Source: Octopus sinensis | Lineage: Eukaryota | DNA length: 64,000 nt | Direction: 5' to 3' | Assembly (NCBI RefSeq): GCF_006345805.1 | Contig: NC_043019.1 | Coordinates: forward strand, 19,529,360 to 19,593,359 | Shown: in pieces, positions 63,471-64,000 of the stretch | How the letters are laid out: the number at the start of each line of letters is the position of its first letter | Numbering within the stretch: the first letter of the stretch is position 1 | Notes under the pieces: generated by a model | What the model was told of the DNA's origin: nothing | What the model saw: only the letters and a program-made list of their open reading frames with translations | Database searches by the model: none | Position numbers and translations under genes: made by a program

Positions 63471-63538
63471 AAAGTTTTCTATAGAATTCAGAGCTAGCAT
63501 GTGTGTGTGTGTGTGTGTTATATTTATACACACATGTA

Positions 63539-64000
63539 TTGGGGTGTCCGGAAAGTTTGTGCCGATTTTTAAAGGAAAGAAAAAGGTCAATAAATACTTG
63601 CCATTACATTTTTAATCAACCAAATATGAACCATTTCGTTGCACAATGCGTCTCCATCTTCCCTTTAACTTGAAAATACCCTCTTCCCAGAATTGAGGTG
63701 GTTTCATGGCAAAGAATTCATCAAGGTATCTTTTTACGTCATCCAAGGAATTGAAATTTTTACCATTAAGGCTATTCTGCAGAGACCTGAATAAGTGGAA
63801 ATCCGAAGGAGTAATATCTGGTGAATATGGAGGGTGGGGTAACACATCCCAGCCAAGCTGCAGCAATTTTTGTCTGGTTCCCAAAGAAGCATGTGGTCTT
63901 GCATTATCATGTTGGAAAACAACACCCTTCCTGTCGGCCAATTTTGGACGTTTCTCTTGAATTGCTGCTTTTAACTCATCCAGTTGTGTGTGTATTTCTC
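63539..64000 (-). mobile_element. Mariner transposon right end with open transposase C-terminus (continues beyond window)
   Basis: QHDNARPH, HPPYSPDITPSDFHLF (D,D34D type); TA dinucleotide then TIR ttggggtgtccggaaagtttgtgccg. Confidence 0.92.

Overview
Repeat-rich, AT-rich animal genomic DNA, very likely octopus (inferred from the tRNA-SINE, RTE 3'-tail and microsatellite families). Bases 1.6-31.1 kb carry the 3' nine coding exons of a TRANK1-like gene (UvrD-type helicase C-terminus, TPR-like repeats, long C-terminal exon) on the + strand. Splice phases are consistent throughout, the exons total 3918 nt (1305 aa plus stop), and one intron is probably GC-AG. The rest is mostly transposon-derived: R4-like, RTE and CR1-type LINE remnants, SINEs, a decayed hAT/Buster element, mariner, gypsy, Helitron-like and Merlin-like elements, and Penelope-like elements (PLEs). 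Two things stand out. (1) There are about nine loci with minimal hammerhead-ribozyme (HHR) motifs. Three long intronic palindromes and one inverted-repeat PLE carry an HHR in both arms, each with a different catalytic-core variant (A9C, C3U, a compensatory G3:C8 swap, U4C). (2) A complete 1.79-kb element bounded by a target-site duplication encodes only a gag-like protein with no RT (HAL1-like) and shares its 3' tail with a SINE family. All structure calls were made by eye, with no folding or database searches. Boundaries of decayed repeats are approximate.
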